In this document: positions 7,805-17,137 of the stretch, one piece after another
Numbering within the stretch: position 1 is the stretch's first letter
How the letters are laid out: every line of letters begins with the position of its first letter
Notes under the pieces: generated by a model
Seen by the model: only the letters and a program-made list of their open reading frames with translations
Told to the model about the DNA's origin: nothing
Database searches by the model: none
Program-made: the position numbers and the translations under genes
Virus record (IMG/VR): IMGVR_UViG_3300037423_001351
Span: 1 to 44,894 of that record
Source of the DNA: a virus
Lineage: Duplodnaviria; Caudoviricetes
Length of the DNA stretch: 44,894 bases
Strand: one strand, 5' to 3'

Positions 7805-8329
7805 TTAGAACGCCGGCAGACCGGAGGCCGCGGAACCTAGATCCATCGCACCGGGCGGCGGGGTCTGTGGGGTTGGGGACGCTGCCGCCGCATGAGCAGC
7901 TGCGACCGCGGGTGCGGAGACCTGGGCGGCGTTCGCCGCGATGATGAACTGCCGCGCGTAGCTCTCGGTCGCCTTGTGCATCCTGCCGGTGCGCAGGTTG
8001 AGCATGTCGATGGGGTATTTCGGCCGGTTGGGCGAGTAGCCCTTCAGCTGATACTGCTCGCCAGTCCGACGATCGTGGATAATGGCGTTGTAGTGATGCT
8101 CGGTGAGACCGGCGAACCGACCGTAGATGCCGAGCTCTCGCCTCTCGCGAGCCTCGATCGCGCTCGTATCGTTGGTCTTGGCGGTCACCTTGATAACCAA
8201 CTCGTCGGTGCCGATCTGACCGCCGCCGGCCGTGATGTTGAGACCGTGGCGCTGCGCGAGAGCCTGGAGCTCCTGCTGAATTTCTGCGGAGAGCATTCTG
8301 TGCCCGGCCTTGTTGAACTGCTGAAACAT
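7805..8329 (-). CDS. hypothetical protein with Ala/Pro tail ending ...GLPAF
   Basis: GAGGAG SD, hairpin and 18-bp box upstream. Confidence 0.85.
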   Translation of the reverse strand: MFQQFNKAGHRMLSAEIQQELQALAQRHGLNITAGGGQIGTDELVIKVTAKTNDTSAIEARERRELGIYGRFAGLTEHHYNAIIHDRRTGEQYQLKGYSPNRPKYPIDMLNLRTGRMHKATESYARQFIIAANAAQVSAPAVAAAHAAAASPTPQTPPPGAMDLGSAASGLPAF

Positions 8330-8404
8330 TCGTTTCTCCTCGTCTAGCGGTCACCGCGACCGCAGGTGTGTTGTGTGACACGCACCGCTGGCATGCAAAT
8401 GGCT

Positions 8405-8611
8405 TCAGTCGATGGTCATGAGGATGCTGTTCTCGTCGCGCAGACGAGCACGGAAACGGCCTGGCTGCATGCAGTAGCCTTTGTTCCAGGTCTCACTGAG
8501 GCGCTTCTCTGCTTCGAGCGCCGTGGACTCGTAGAGCTCCACCTTCTCGATCACATCGGGAGTGCCGATGCGCGTGACGGTGATGGTGAACTTTGGTTTC
8601 TGTTTAGGCAT
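8405..8611 (-). CDS. hypothetical protein
   Basis: coupled ORF with GGAG SD. Confidence 0.7.
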   Translation of the reverse strand: MPKQKPKFTITVTRIGTPDVIEKVELYESTALEAEKRLSETWNKGYCMQPGRFRARLRDENSILMTID

Positions 8612-8822
8612 CAATCTTCTCCCACTTGTCGATTTCGATCAGCGAGAGGGTGCGACCGTTGTCCCATTTGACGCCGATCTGCACCGCATCATCGCCCATG
8701 AACTTGAGCGGCGTAACGAATAGCACCGTGCCCGCGGCACCGACCGGAATGGGGTCGGGGTCAGCGCTCATGGGCGCCGTGAGGCGGATGCGGTCGCCTG
8801 GGTTCAGGTCACGCCAGCTCAT
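8604..8822 (-). CDS. DUF4314-like protein
   Basis: PGDRIRL...M..DPDPIPVG..GTV...QIGVKWDNGRTLSLI pattern. Confidence 0.75.
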   Translation of the reverse strand: MSWRDLNPGDRIRLTAPMSADPDPIPVGAAGTVLFVTPLKFMGDDAVQIGVKWDNGRTLSLIEIDKWEKIDA

Positions 8823-9129
8823 TGTGGCCGCACCCCGCCTTGAGATTTCCATCGTCGTCATAATCCTCGTCGTCCTCGTCACGCTCTTGGTCGGGACCGA
8901 TCTGGATCTCCACCCGATAACCGATGTCCGTCAGGTGCTTGAAGTCCTCGCGGAGCATGCGCTCGACTTCCTCGGCGCCAGCGTTCTCGAAATGGTCGGG
9001 CGTCTCGACCAGGATGCTCACTGCGAGATTGTTCTCGCCGTCGCCGATCACGTTCAGCGTGGCGTTCATGAAGTTCGCCTGCTGGTTGTCGCCGGTGATG
9101 CCGGTCTTGATCGTGAGCATATCCGTCAT
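8809..9129 (-). CDS. acidic hypothetical protein
   Basis: ATGA overlap, start MTDMLT. Confidence 0.7.
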   Translation of the reverse strand: MTDMLTIKTGITGDNQQANFMNATLNVIGDGENNLAVSILVETPDHFENAGAEEVERMLREDFKHLTDIGYRVEIQIGPDQERDEDDEDYDDDGNLKAGCGHNELA

Positions 9130-9362
9130 GCCGCGAGCAGCTCCCTTCCGCCGCGAGCGACGAACACCGGGCGCTCGATCACGCCGCGGGTGAAGCTCGC
9201 CTGGAGGGGCAGGGCGGTCGAACAGAAGGCGCATTCAGCGGACAGCCGGCCGATGTGCCAGTGAGTGCGACCACAGCCTGGGCAGTGGTTCGTTTCGTTC
9301 TCGCGATAGACGGCGTGATAGCCGCGAGCGAGTGGGTTGAAGGTCTGTGCCTGGAGGGGCAA
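9126..9362 (-). CDS. small zinc-ribbon protein (CPGC...CAFC), sphingomonad-like
   Basis: RGYHAVYRENETNHCPGCGRTHW.IGRLSAECAFC; SD, hairpin and promoter upstream. Confidence 0.75.
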   Translation of the reverse strand: MPLQAQTFNPLARGYHAVYRENETNHCPGCGRTHWHIGRLSAECAFCSTALPLQASFTRGVIERPVFVARGGRELLAA

Positions 9363-9543
9363 GGTCTATCTCCTCATTGTCGGTCACCGCGACCGTGTGA
9401 GTGTCACCTACCATGCACCGCGAGCATTTCAAGTGGCTTGTTGCGCTGCCTGACAAAGAAGCCAAATCATACCCAAAATCCGTAAGGTATCGTCAGTTAC
9501 GGTCAGGTATTTGCGCTAAAAGCCAAGCCATTACAGGCACTTG

Positions 9544-10296
9544 CTAGAAAAGGGCTATTTCGGCCATTTCGTCGAGCGCTTGCTGGCTCATGATCGCTTC
9601 AATCTCGGCCTTGGTTTCTGCCTCGTCTGCGATGCGCTGGTTCTCCTCGGCGAGCACCGTCAGTGCCAGCTGGTTCATCGCCTCGCCGTGCGCATCGTAG
9701 GCAGTGGTGAGGAGCTCGCGCACCTTGGTATGGGTGCGGCCGGTCGAGGACTCGCCGAATGCCCGAAGGGTCTCTTTCTTCTCGGCGAGGTAGACGCCGG
9801 CGAACCCAGGGTCGTGTAGCGCCACGTCCTGAATGTTGGAGATGATGTCGGCGATCTTCACGAGCATCGCGGTGGGGCCAGCGACGATCACGTTCGCCGC
9901 GGCTGTGCGGATCCTGGCTTCCCGACCCTTGATGTTCCGGGGCTTGGTCAGCGCCGCAACGTCGCGTTGGATCTGGTGGTTGAACTGAACGCCGATCTCT
10001 TCGATGGGCACGGTCGTATCTTCCACCACGTCATGCAGCAGCGCCACAGTGAGCGTTCGCTCGTCTGTAATGCCGTGCCGTATCAGGATGTTGGCGACTT
10101 CGATGGGGTGGTCGATGTAGGGGGAGCCGTCATACTTGCGTATCTGGTCGGCGTGAGCGAGCCTCGCGAACGCCAGCGCCTGCTTGGGCATCGGCTTGGA
10201 CTCGATGTTACTCACCGACTGCCGCTTCTTCTGTTGAGCGATCAGCGCCTTCATGTGCGCTATCTCGTTCTTGACTTGCTCCGGTGTCATTCTCAT
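9544..10296 (-). CDS. HD-domain RelA/SpoT-type (p)ppGpp hydrolase-like protein (SAH/Mesh1-like)
   Basis: AH..Q.RK..G.PYI.HP..VA, ALLHDVVEDT, V..LTK and VKIAD...N motifs. Confidence 0.85.
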   Translation of the reverse strand: MRMTPEQVKNEIAHMKALIAQQKKRQSVSNIESKPMPKQALAFARLAHADQIRKYDGSPYIDHPIEVANILIRHGITDERTLTVALLHDVVEDTTVPIEEIGVQFNHQIQRDVAALTKPRNIKGREARIRTAAANVIVAGPTAMLVKIADIISNIQDVALHDPGFAGVYLAEKKETLRAFGESSTGRTHTKVRELLTTAYDAHGEAMNQLALTVLAEENQRIADEAETKAEIEAIMSQQALDEMAEIALF

Positions 10297-10353
10297 GTGT
10301 GTGTTGTTGCACATGCAGTCGGTGGATTGCAATGGGAAAATGAGTGCGCGAGA

Positions 10354-10599
10354 CTAAACGGAGATTCGCCAACCCTGCGCGTCCTGAACAAGCAGTCCTG
10401 GGCGCCCCTCGTCCAGCAGCTTCTGCGCCTGCACCCCTAGCTCCGGCGGTGGCTCATTGGTCAGATCGGTCCATCGGCGATATTGATTCTGCTTGCGGAT
10501 ATGCCCGGCTTGAAACGCCAGCGCGAGCGCCTGTTCTATGCTTTCGGCAATAACGTAGCGCAGATTATACCCACGATTGTAGATACCGAACAATCGCAT
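10354..10599 (-). CDS. hypothetical protein
   Basis: ORF on coding strand filling the gap. Confidence 0.6.
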   Translation of the reverse strand: MRLFGIYNRGYNLRYVIAESIEQALALAFQAGHIRKQNQYRRWTDLTNEPPPELGVQAQKLLDEGRPGLLVQDAQGWRISV

Positions 10600-10717
10600 C
10601 CGATAGGCCCCCACCCAAAGAGTGATATTAGCTCATTGGCTCCTAACCTCAATAGGTGTGAGTTACCGAGCGCAAGCTTTATGCGACCATTCTAAGACCG
10701 CTTCAAGATCATTGGGA

Positions 10718-11257
10718 TCAACAGTTGATGCGTTCGCACAGCTCGTCGATCTCATTTGGGGACAGTGCCGGCGGCACACCGTCTTTAGCCTCGCGATCGT
10801 TGTTGGCGATGTCGCAAAGCGACTCCAGGAGCTGACCACTAAAACCCTGGCTGCTGATGTATACAATGCCCTCAACCACGCCCTGCCACAAGCGAAGTGC
10901 CGCGAGGATTGTGTCGCGCTGCCTGGGCGTGAACGTGTGGCTCTTGCCAGGCCCGTCATGCATCAACTCGCCGTCGCCTGTGTAGGAGACGGTGTTGTCG
11001 AACTCGTCGTCGCCAACCTCGTCGATCTGATAGCCGGTGATCTCGTCGGCATCGTCTGTGGCGATATGCTCGCCCGACTCCATGAGCAGCGCAGCCTTGC
11101 GCTCGTCGTCATTGAAGTGGAAGCGGTCATACTCAAGGCGCTCGTTCGCGTCGGGCAGTGCCAGGTCCGCGAGACGCATGGCCTCGGCGTGATCTGGCGC
11201 CACGATCAGGAACTTGGACCGGACGGTGCGATAGACGTGGACGAAATAGCGGTTCAT
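10718..11257 (-). CDS. hypothetical protein
   Basis: TGATG coupling; C-terminal TILAALR.WQ...EIDELCERIN. Confidence 0.8.
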   Translation of the reverse strand: MNRYFVHVYRTVRSKFLIVAPDHAEAMRLADLALPDANERLEYDRFHFNDDERKAALLMESGEHIATDDADEITGYQIDEVGDDEFDNTVSYTGDGELMHDGPGKSHTFTPRQRDTILAALRLWQGVVEGIVYISSQGFSGQLLESLCDIANNDREAKDGVPPALSPNEIDELCERINC

Positions 11258-11658
11258 CAGCGCGTTTCCATCTTGATGCGGTCTCCGGACAGGTGAATGA
11301 CGATCTCCGTGGCACCGAGCGTGATCGCGCTGCGGAAGAATTGCAGATCGAGGGGCTCCACGAAGTCGTCACCGCCGCAGATGTCCCGCTGCCGGTCATA
11401 CCAGTCGTCGAATTGCATCCTGTTGGGGTTGATCTCATTGGCATAGACCACGAGCTGCTTGGGGCCTTTGCCCTCGTTGAAGCTGGGGTCATTGAGGCCA
11501 GGCTTGCCGCCGCTCATGAGATAGGTGCCATGGTCCTTCACCAGGAAAACGGAGCGGTCGATCGCCTCGCCGTAGAAGGGGCCGGGGTCGTTCGCCGCGG
11601 CATGCTCGACGATCGCCTTCAGATCGTCGTTGATGGGGAAGGTGAGAGTGCCGCCCAT
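11257..11658 (-). CDS. DUF3085-like protein
   Basis: LVKDHG.YLMS...VYA...NP...W......GGDDFVE pattern. Confidence 0.75.
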   Translation of the reverse strand: MGGTLTFPINDDLKAIVEHAAANDPGPFYGEAIDRSVFLVKDHGTYLMSGGKPGLNDPSFNEGKGPKQLVVYANEINPNRMQFDDWYDRQRDICGGDDFVEPLDLQFFRSAITLGATEIVIHLSGDRIKMETR

Positions 11659-11897
11659 CAGATCAGCCTCACGGCGTCTGCATCATCGATCAGTGCGATG
11701 AGGGCGCGCGTCTCGGCGACCTGTCCGTCGAAGATTTCCGCCAGCTGGTTGTAGTGGTGACGGGCACCCTCGGTGATGTCGCCGCGCGCAGCTTCGGTGC
11801 GCAGGGTCTTTGCGTTCTCCTGGAAGCGCTCGGACGCGACGAACAAGGCGTTCGACAAAGTGCTTTGCTCCTTGTCGGACAACGTTCTCTCTTTCAT
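11658..11897 (-). CDS. hypothetical protein
   Basis: GAGGAG SD, hairpin and 18-bp box upstream. Confidence 0.8.
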   Translation of the reverse strand: MKERTLSDKEQSTLSNALFVASERFQENAKTLRTEAARGDITEGARHHYNQLAEIFDGQVAETRALIALIDDADAVRLI

Positions 11898-11964
11898 TTC
11901 AATCTCCTCGCAGCACCGCGCTGCATGAGTGTTGTTGCACACGCAGCGCGGTGAAGCGAATGGC

Positions 11965-12294
11965 TTAACCGATCGGCGGACGGATGCCGGTCAGCGCCTC
12001 AAAGCTCGCACGGATGCCGGACTGCGGCACGTTGCGATCGACGGCGATGATGTCGCGCTCGCCTGGGCGGCCGCGCTTCCCCTTGAAGAACACCATCTGG
12101 TAGTTGTCCGTGGGGAGCTGACTGATCTCGATGTGGGTGCCCCGCTTCTTGGTGCGGTTCGACGGCAGACGCATCGTGAGCCGCGGCTGGGGATTGTCGC
12201 TGGTCACGAAATCCTTCGCACCGGACGTGGCGATGAAGCTGTTGTTGCCCAGCTCTTTCAGGATAGTGATTGCGGGATGGTCAGTAACTTGCAC
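11965..12294 (-). CDS. conserved-looking phage hypothetical protein
   Basis: AAGGAG SD before GTG; TIL.ELG...FIA.SGAK.F...D.Y...F...FE..TG. Confidence 0.75.
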   Translation of the reverse strand: MQVTDHPAITILKELGNNSFIATSGAKDFVTSDNPQPRLTMRLPSNRTKKRGTHIEISQLPTDNYQMVFFKGKRGRPGERDIIAVDRNVPQSGIRASFEALTGIRPPIG

Positions 12295-12353
12295 TCGAAT
12301 CTCCTTTGCTCTGTGTATGTCATTAAGCACACACGCGCGAAGGGTGCAAGTGG

Positions 12354-12539
12354 CTATACGATGCGGAAGGCTTTGCGCTTGCTCGCCGCTGACGGTGCCG
12401 GATTTGCGGCGTTGATTGAGCGGTTACCCTCGGCGAGGAAGCGCTCTCGCGCCTCCCCGTCGAGCGGCCGAGCGAGGCATTCCTGCACCTGACGCAACAA
12501 CTGGCGCCTTGCGATATTCTCTTCCACCGAATCGCTCAT
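12354..12539 (-). CDS. hypothetical protein
   Basis: ORF on coding strand. Confidence 0.6.
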   Translation of the reverse strand: MSDSVEENIARRQLLRQVQECLARPLDGEARERFLAEGNRSINAANPAPSAASKRKAFRIV

Positions 12540-12572
12540 GGGACATTTGGTGCCCCATGTGTGTGTCAGTCG

Positions 12573-13130
12573 TCAACCTTGGCGGTTCAGGTCGTCGATC
12601 ATCATGAGGCAGAGGTAGCGGAGACCCTTCTCGTCGAACGCCGCGGCGTAGGGTCGCTTCTCCTTCATCTGATTACGCTCGGCATCGCGACAGAAATGGC
12701 GGTGCGCTTGCACATGCTCCCATCCGTCGCGACCTAGCTCACCGAGTCTGCCGACCGACGCGAGCAGGTAGTGCGCCATGTCGTTCGGTTTCGCCTCGAA
12801 GATCCTGTCCACAATCTCCTCGCGGGACAGGCTCGCCATTTCCGCGACCAGGCGCCGCTTCTCTGCGGCGTGGTCGATAGTGGGTGCAGGAGCCGGAGTA
12901 TGCGTCTGGGAATACTCGACCTCGGCTGTCTCCGGCTCCTGCGGTTCCGCGGCGGGCGGTGTATCTGAGGAGATTCCGCCGCGGCATGATGCTGCTATCT
13001 CGTTCAGGTAGGAAAGAAGCTCTTTGCGCGTCGTTGGCACGTCGACCTTCTCCCACGCCTGACCGCTGTGCTTCGCGTCGGCCTGCGTGTTGACGTGCGT
13101 GTGATCGGCGAGCCGATAGAGTTCAGGCAT
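12573..13130 (-). CDS. hypothetical protein
   Basis: overlapping, coupled ORF. Confidence 0.75.
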   Translation of the reverse strand: MPELYRLADHTHVNTQADAKHSGQAWEKVDVPTTRKELLSYLNEIAASCRGGISSDTPPAAEPQEPETAEVEYSQTHTPAPAPTIDHAAEKRRLVAEMASLSREEIVDRIFEAKPNDMAHYLLASVGRLGELGRDGWEHVQAHRHFCRDAERNQMKEKRPYAAAFDEKGLRYLCLMMIDDLNRQG

Positions 13131-13365
13131 CCGTTGAGCTCCAGTTCTTTGTGGGCTCCAGGTGGCCGTCGAACGTCACGATCTCAGTGGCGCATTCCCA
13201 CTGGTTCTTGGAAAGCTCGCGGCCGGTGCTGGTGCTGCCGTCCTCCTTCGCCTGGCGAACCGCGGCGCTCCACGCTTCACTGGCGTTCGACGCCATTACC
13301 TTCTCAACGAAGGTCTCGACCGCATAATCGCCGTCGACGAAGAAGATCACGGTGAACGGCTTCAT
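13123..13365 (-). CDS. hypothetical protein
   Basis: ATGA overlap, start MKPFTVIFF. Confidence 0.7.
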   Translation of the reverse strand: MKPFTVIFFVDGDYAVETFVEKVMASNASEAWSAAVRQAKEDGSTSTGRELSKNQWECATEIVTFDGHLEPTKNWSSTDA

Positions 13366-13796
13366 GCGCGCATCAGCGGCATGATGGTGAGCGTCGCCAC
13401 AACCTTGTCGGCCATGATCTGCTCGATCTGCGTGTCGTTCAGACGGCACTCGATCTTGCCCAGCTGCGCAAGCGCTTCCAGGGGAGAGAGCGTCAGCATG
13501 CTCATGACGACTTCGCCACCGCACTCGTCCGTCCAGTAATCGCCGGCGTTCCAGGCATCTTTGCCGGGGAACACAGGATCATCGCGCTCGACGGACTCGT
13601 CGTCCTCGTCCGTGAGGCGGCCGAAGGTCTCCAAGAAGCCGTCCGTCATATACTGGTCGCCCCAATCCTTCTGGAGCTCCAGAAGGGTATGAAACTCGGC
13701 TTCGGCGTAGGACTCGGCGAAGATCACCGGCCCTGTCCAGATGCTGCCCGACGAACTCTCGGCAACATCAGCCTGAAAGAATTTCTTCCCAGCCAT
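13362..13796 (-). CDS. acidic hypothetical protein
   Basis: TGATG coupling. Confidence 0.75.
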   Translation of the reverse strand: MAGKKFFQADVAESSSGSIWTGPVIFAESYAEAEFHTLLELQKDWGDQYMTDGFLETFGRLTDEDDESVERDDPVFPGKDAWNAGDYWTDECGGEVVMSMLTLSPLEALAQLGKIECRLNDTQIEQIMADKVVATLTIMPLMRA

Positions 13797-14212
13797 CAAA
13801 AGCTCCCTGTCTCGTTACCGTGGATTGCCCAGCGGCGCGCGGCGTCCATCGCTTCTTCGGGGAGCGGGTGAATGAGCGCGCCCTTGAAGATGTCGCCGAC
13901 ATCTTCCTCGTTCGCGGTCGCGACCCACTTATCCTCGTCGTCGCCGAGCTGACGGACGCCAATGTCGATGCGGATGCCCAGGTGCGGTGAGTAGATCTCC
14001 TGGCTCTCAGTGATTGACTGCTGCCAATCCTCGAACTTGAGTTCCTCGATCTTGCATTCGCCCTCGCAGACCTCGCAGACGGCGCCGCTATCGAACGTGG
14101 TCGACAGCTCCCATTCCTGCTTCTCTGCATCCCAGTATGCGTAAGCATCGGCGCGCACGTCAGCGCTGCCGCATGTCCCGCAAACCATCTGTAACTTACC
14201 GCTCACCTGCAT
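13796..14212 (-). CDS. zinc-ribbon protein ending ...ETGSF
   Basis: CGTCGS.DV.ADA...WD...Q.WEL...CEVCE; GAGGAG SD. Confidence 0.8.
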   Translation of the reverse strand: MQVSGKLQMVCGTCGSADVRADAYAYWDAEKQEWELSTTFDSGAVCEVCEGECKIEELKFEDWQQSITESQEIYSPHLGIRIDIGVRQLGDDEDKWVATANEEDVGDIFKGALIHPLPEEAMDAARRWAIHGNETGSF

Positions 14213-14285
14213 CTCCTCAAATGCGATTGTGTCACTATACACGCACCGCACACAAAAGCTCTTGGCTTCGCGGTGGCGAATGCGA

Positions 14286-14633
14286 CTACTTGGTCGGGGG
14301 AACTTGGGTTGGCTCGACCTCGGCCGGCGTGACGTTCATGTCAGCCTCGGCCTGTCTCAGGTCGGGGTCGCCGATCATCCTGTTCGCCGCGGCGTCAGCT
14401 TCCGCAGCGCGGCACTGCTCGACCGAGCCACCGTGGTTCTGCCAGTAGGCATGGTAGTCGCACCGCTGGTAGGCGGTGAGGCCGTCGAGGTTGGGATTCG
14501 TGAAGCGATCATAGGCGAAGAAGAGCAAGACCGCGCCGAAGATTGCGCCGACGATATACAGGGTCTGTTTGTTCATGCCCGCATGGGTAACAACACGCGC
14601 GTGGTTGGGCAAGGGCGGATGTGTGGCGATCAT
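14286..14633 (-). CDS. single-TM membrane or exported protein
   Basis: hydrophobic LYIVGAIFGAVLLFFAY; AAGGAG SD. Confidence 0.7.
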   Translation of the reverse strand: MIATHPPLPNHARVVTHAGMNKQTLYIVGAIFGAVLLFFAYDRFTNPNLDGLTAYQRCDYHAYWQNHGGSVEQCRAAEADAAANRMIGDPDLRQAEADMNVTPAEVEPTQVPPTK

Positions 14634-14659
14634 GCCGCTTCTCCTTGGTTCGAGGACAA

Positions 14660-16033
14660 TCACTTGGGTGCCCTTATCTTGAGGAGGCCGGTGGGGACGT
14701 TGGTCCCAGCCTCTGCGAAGCTGCCTACCGGCAAGTCTCTCCACTCACCGTCGAGCTCGCCGTGATCGTAGTGCGCCGTCGCCGGCAGAATGCTGACCAG
14801 GGTGCCGCCAGGCTTCAGCCACTTGAGCGCGTGACGGACGTGCTTGACGTAATGCCGGCCGTAGAATGGCGGGTTCATGACCACGAAGTCGAACACTGCC
14901 TGGGGCGTCTGTTCGAGGAAGTTCGCGCAAACGACCGGGTGGCCCTTCGCTTTCGCTTCCGCTGCGCGACCGGCGTGGACCTCGAAGCCCAGCACCCTGC
15001 TGCCGCGAGCGCGTATTTCGTCCATGATGCGACCGTCGCCGCACGAGGGTTCCAGCACCTTGTAGTCCGGCGGTGTGTAGCCGCTTGAGTAGGCGTTGGC
15101 GCCGTGGATCCCAGCGAAGTCGAGCGCCTTTGCCACGACCTCCGGCGGGGTCCAGTAGAACTGCAAATCCTTGGCGACCGCAGTGCCAGGCCGCTTCTGC
15201 GCGTCCTCTTCCTCGGCGTCGGGGAGAACATCGCCGTAGAACTCCGCGAGCGCTCGGTTAATGTCGAGCAGCGTCGGTGGGGTGAAGAACACATGGGCGT
15301 TGCCGTTGCGGAACCGGCGCACGGTCATGCCGCGGTCGATGGTCTCGTAGGTGTCGCCCTGCCGACCGTAGCGACCGGCTTGGGTGTAAGAGCGTCCGTC
15401 GAGCACCGCGTCCTCGCCCAGGTCGTGGGCGGTGTTGATCGCGGACATTTCGTGCCACTCGAACGGCTTCTTGCCTTGATAGGTCGCGAGCGCGTTGCAC
15501 ACGTCCTGGAATTTCTGGCGGGCGTAGCTGCTGCTGTATTCGCCCCATCCGTCGAGGATGATGCGCTTGGGCAGCCCTGTGACGCCTATCTTCACCTTCG
15601 AGTGTGACTTGTAGGCGGGGTCCAGGTCAGCGAAGACCTCTGCCACCCCGCGCAGGACGTGGAACCGTGGGCGCTCGAAGTAGTCGCCGAAGGTTGCCCT
15701 GGCGTTGTCGAACGTCAGCGGTGGTGGATCCTGGAGCGTCCGCTCGAACAGCTGCTTGTCCTTGGCGCTCGCGATCCTATCGATCTGCAGGCGCGAGTAG
15801 ATTGCCTTCCACCCGCTCTTCAGCAGGTTCTTCCGCATCGTGTCCGCGTAGAGGTAGGGCCTCGATGCAACCGGCTCGACGTAGGCGCCGTGAACGGTCG
15901 CTGCCATTTCAAGCGCGTCGAAGGCTTGCATGTGCGCAGCGATTGCGTCCTCGATGCCCGCGTGCTTCTCCTCGTATTCATTCACGAGGTCGCGCACCGT
16001 GGTCGGTAGGGCGATGGGGTTGAAGGCGTTCAT
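14660..16033 (-). CDS. DUF4942-type SAM-dependent (likely N6-adenine DNA) methyltransferase
   Basis: FYWTP, VLEPSCGDG (motif I), VVMNPPF (motif IV); N-terminal region with F.NGNAHVFF. Confidence 0.85.
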   Translation of the reverse strand: MNAFNPIALPTTVRDLVNEYEEKHAGIEDAIAAHMQAFDALEMAATVHGAYVEPVASRPYLYADTMRKNLLKSGWKAIYSRLQIDRIASAKDKQLFERTLQDPPPLTFDNARATFGDYFERPRFHVLRGVAEVFADLDPAYKSHSKVKIGVTGLPKRIILDGWGEYSSSYARQKFQDVCNALATYQGKKPFEWHEMSAINTAHDLGEDAVLDGRSYTQAGRYGRQGDTYETIDRGMTVRRFRNGNAHVFFTPPTLLDINRALAEFYGDVLPDAEEEDAQKRPGTAVAKDLQFYWTPPEVVAKALDFAGIHGANAYSSGYTPPDYKVLEPSCGDGRIMDEIRARGSRVLGFEVHAGRAAEAKAKGHPVVCANFLEQTPQAVFDFVVMNPPFYGRHYVKHVRHALKWLKPGGTLVSILPATAHYDHGELDGEWRDLPVGSFAEAGTNVPTGLLKIRAPK

Positions 16034-16143
16034 CGGCCGGTGAACTCGATCGAGATCGGCGCCGGGCGGGACTCCGTGCGGAGCATCGCGACTGTCGCGA
16101 GCGCCCAAAATGCCCACAGACCGTAGAGTGCCGCGCGCCTCAT
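16030..16143 (-). CDS. small hydrophobic peptide (37 aa)
   Basis: coupled at both ends; translated by hand. Confidence 0.4.
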   Translation of the reverse strand: MRRAALYGLWAFWALATVAMLRTESRPAPISIEFTGR

Positions 16144-16400
16144 CATGCGAGCTTCTCCAAGAGCCCTATGAGCTCCTTGCGGTTGTGCAGGAGGTAGTCG
16201 TAGTCGATTTCCTCGTTGCGCCAGTCGACCGACGCGCCGATCAGCTCGTGGAAGCTATGGGTGGCAGCGCTCCGAGCCGCCTCTTCCGGCGTGTCGAAAT
16301 AGCCTCCATCACCGTCATGGAACTTGATCTGAACGTCGACGCCCTCGGGAAGCACGAACTGCTTACCCTGGACGGTGACGGTCCTGACTTGCTCGACCAT
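16143..16400 (-). CDS. hypothetical protein
   Basis: TAATG coupling. Confidence 0.75.
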   Translation of the reverse strand: MVEQVRTVTVQGKQFVLPEGVDVQIKFHDGDGGYFDTPEEAARSAATHSFHELIGASVDWRNEEIDYDYLLHNRKELIGLLEKLA

Positions 16401-16543
16401 TACGCTGCCTCCGCTCCGCAGGCGTTGTCTTCACGCCAGCGGTTCCTGTGTTTGACCGTGCGGTCCTTCCGCTTCTTGTTCGGAATGACCTTGGGTCGGT
16501 TGATGCCAGCCCCGAAGGACTTCTGGATTGGGTTGCGCTTCAT
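16400..16543 (-). CDS. small basic protein (47 aa)
   Basis: GAGGAG SD; MKRNPIQKS...PKVIPNKKRK...KH. Confidence 0.65.
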   Translation of the reverse strand: MKRNPIQKSFGAGINRPKVIPNKKRKDRTVKHRNRWREDNACGAEAA

Positions 16544-16580
16544 GACTGTCTCCTCTTCAGGAGACTGTTGTGCAGGTGTG

Positions 16581-16829
16581 TTAGTCGGCATGCAAACGGC
16601 TTTCCTTGAAGGCGTCCGGGAGCTCCTGAACCCATACCGATACAAGATCCTCGGGCGCGAACGTCACGAAGCCGCCGTTGTTGGCGAGGGTGATGATGAT
16701 CGAGTGCTTCACGTCACGGATGCCCTCGATCGGATAGCTACCGACGCTGCGGATCGTGACGCTCGTCGGGCACTTGCGCTTCACCGAGTCCTTGGCGAGC
16801 TTGAGCTTGTAGGCGGCCGAGGCGCTCAC
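16581..16829 (-). CDS. hypothetical protein
   Basis: GTGA overlap. Confidence 0.65.
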   Translation of the reverse strand: MSASAAYKLKLAKDSVKRKCPTSVTIRSVGSYPIEGIRDVKHSIIITLANNGGFVTFAPEDLVSVWVQELPDAFKESRLHAD

Positions 16830-17137
16830 CAGAGATCCTCCGAGAACAGATCGTTCGAGGAGCTGCCGCTCTTGCGGTTGGTGGGGTCGATCTGACCCGC
16901 GCGCTCGGCAATATCGAGCGCCTCCTTGCGACCGACGAAGCGGCCGGCGCTGGTCAGGAAGCCTTGGTCGTCGGGGTGGATGCGCAGCTCCCAGTCCCAA
17001 TGATCCTTGACTGGGTGAAGCAACGAATGGTGCCTTGCTGGCGGCGGTGCCGAGACGATCAGCTCGGTCGGATAGCCTTGGTTGACCCAGGCGTCAGCGA
17101 GCTTGAGCCGTAGCGCCGCAGCGACGATCGTCTCCAT
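16826..17137 (-). CDS. widespread phage hypothetical protein
   Basis: IVAAA...RH...QGFLTS.GRFV.R.EA...A..AGQ...LFSEDLW pattern. Confidence 0.8.
   Translation of the reverse strand: METIVAAALRLKLADAWVNQGYPTELIVSAPPPARHHSLLHPVKDHWDWELRIHPDDQGFLTSAGRFVGRKEALDIAERAGQIDPTNRKSGSSSNDLFSEDLW

Noticed and set aside
665-9395. Repeated cggtcaccgc(t)gaccg as a CRISPR array or terminators
   Set aside because: Copies are 0.8-2 kb apart with genes between them, there are no cas genes and no U-tracts, and they sit at gene starts.
665-9395. TCACCGC resemblance to the lambda operator half-site
   Set aside because: There is no 17-bp operator symmetry, and stem covariation favours a hairpin; likely coincidence.
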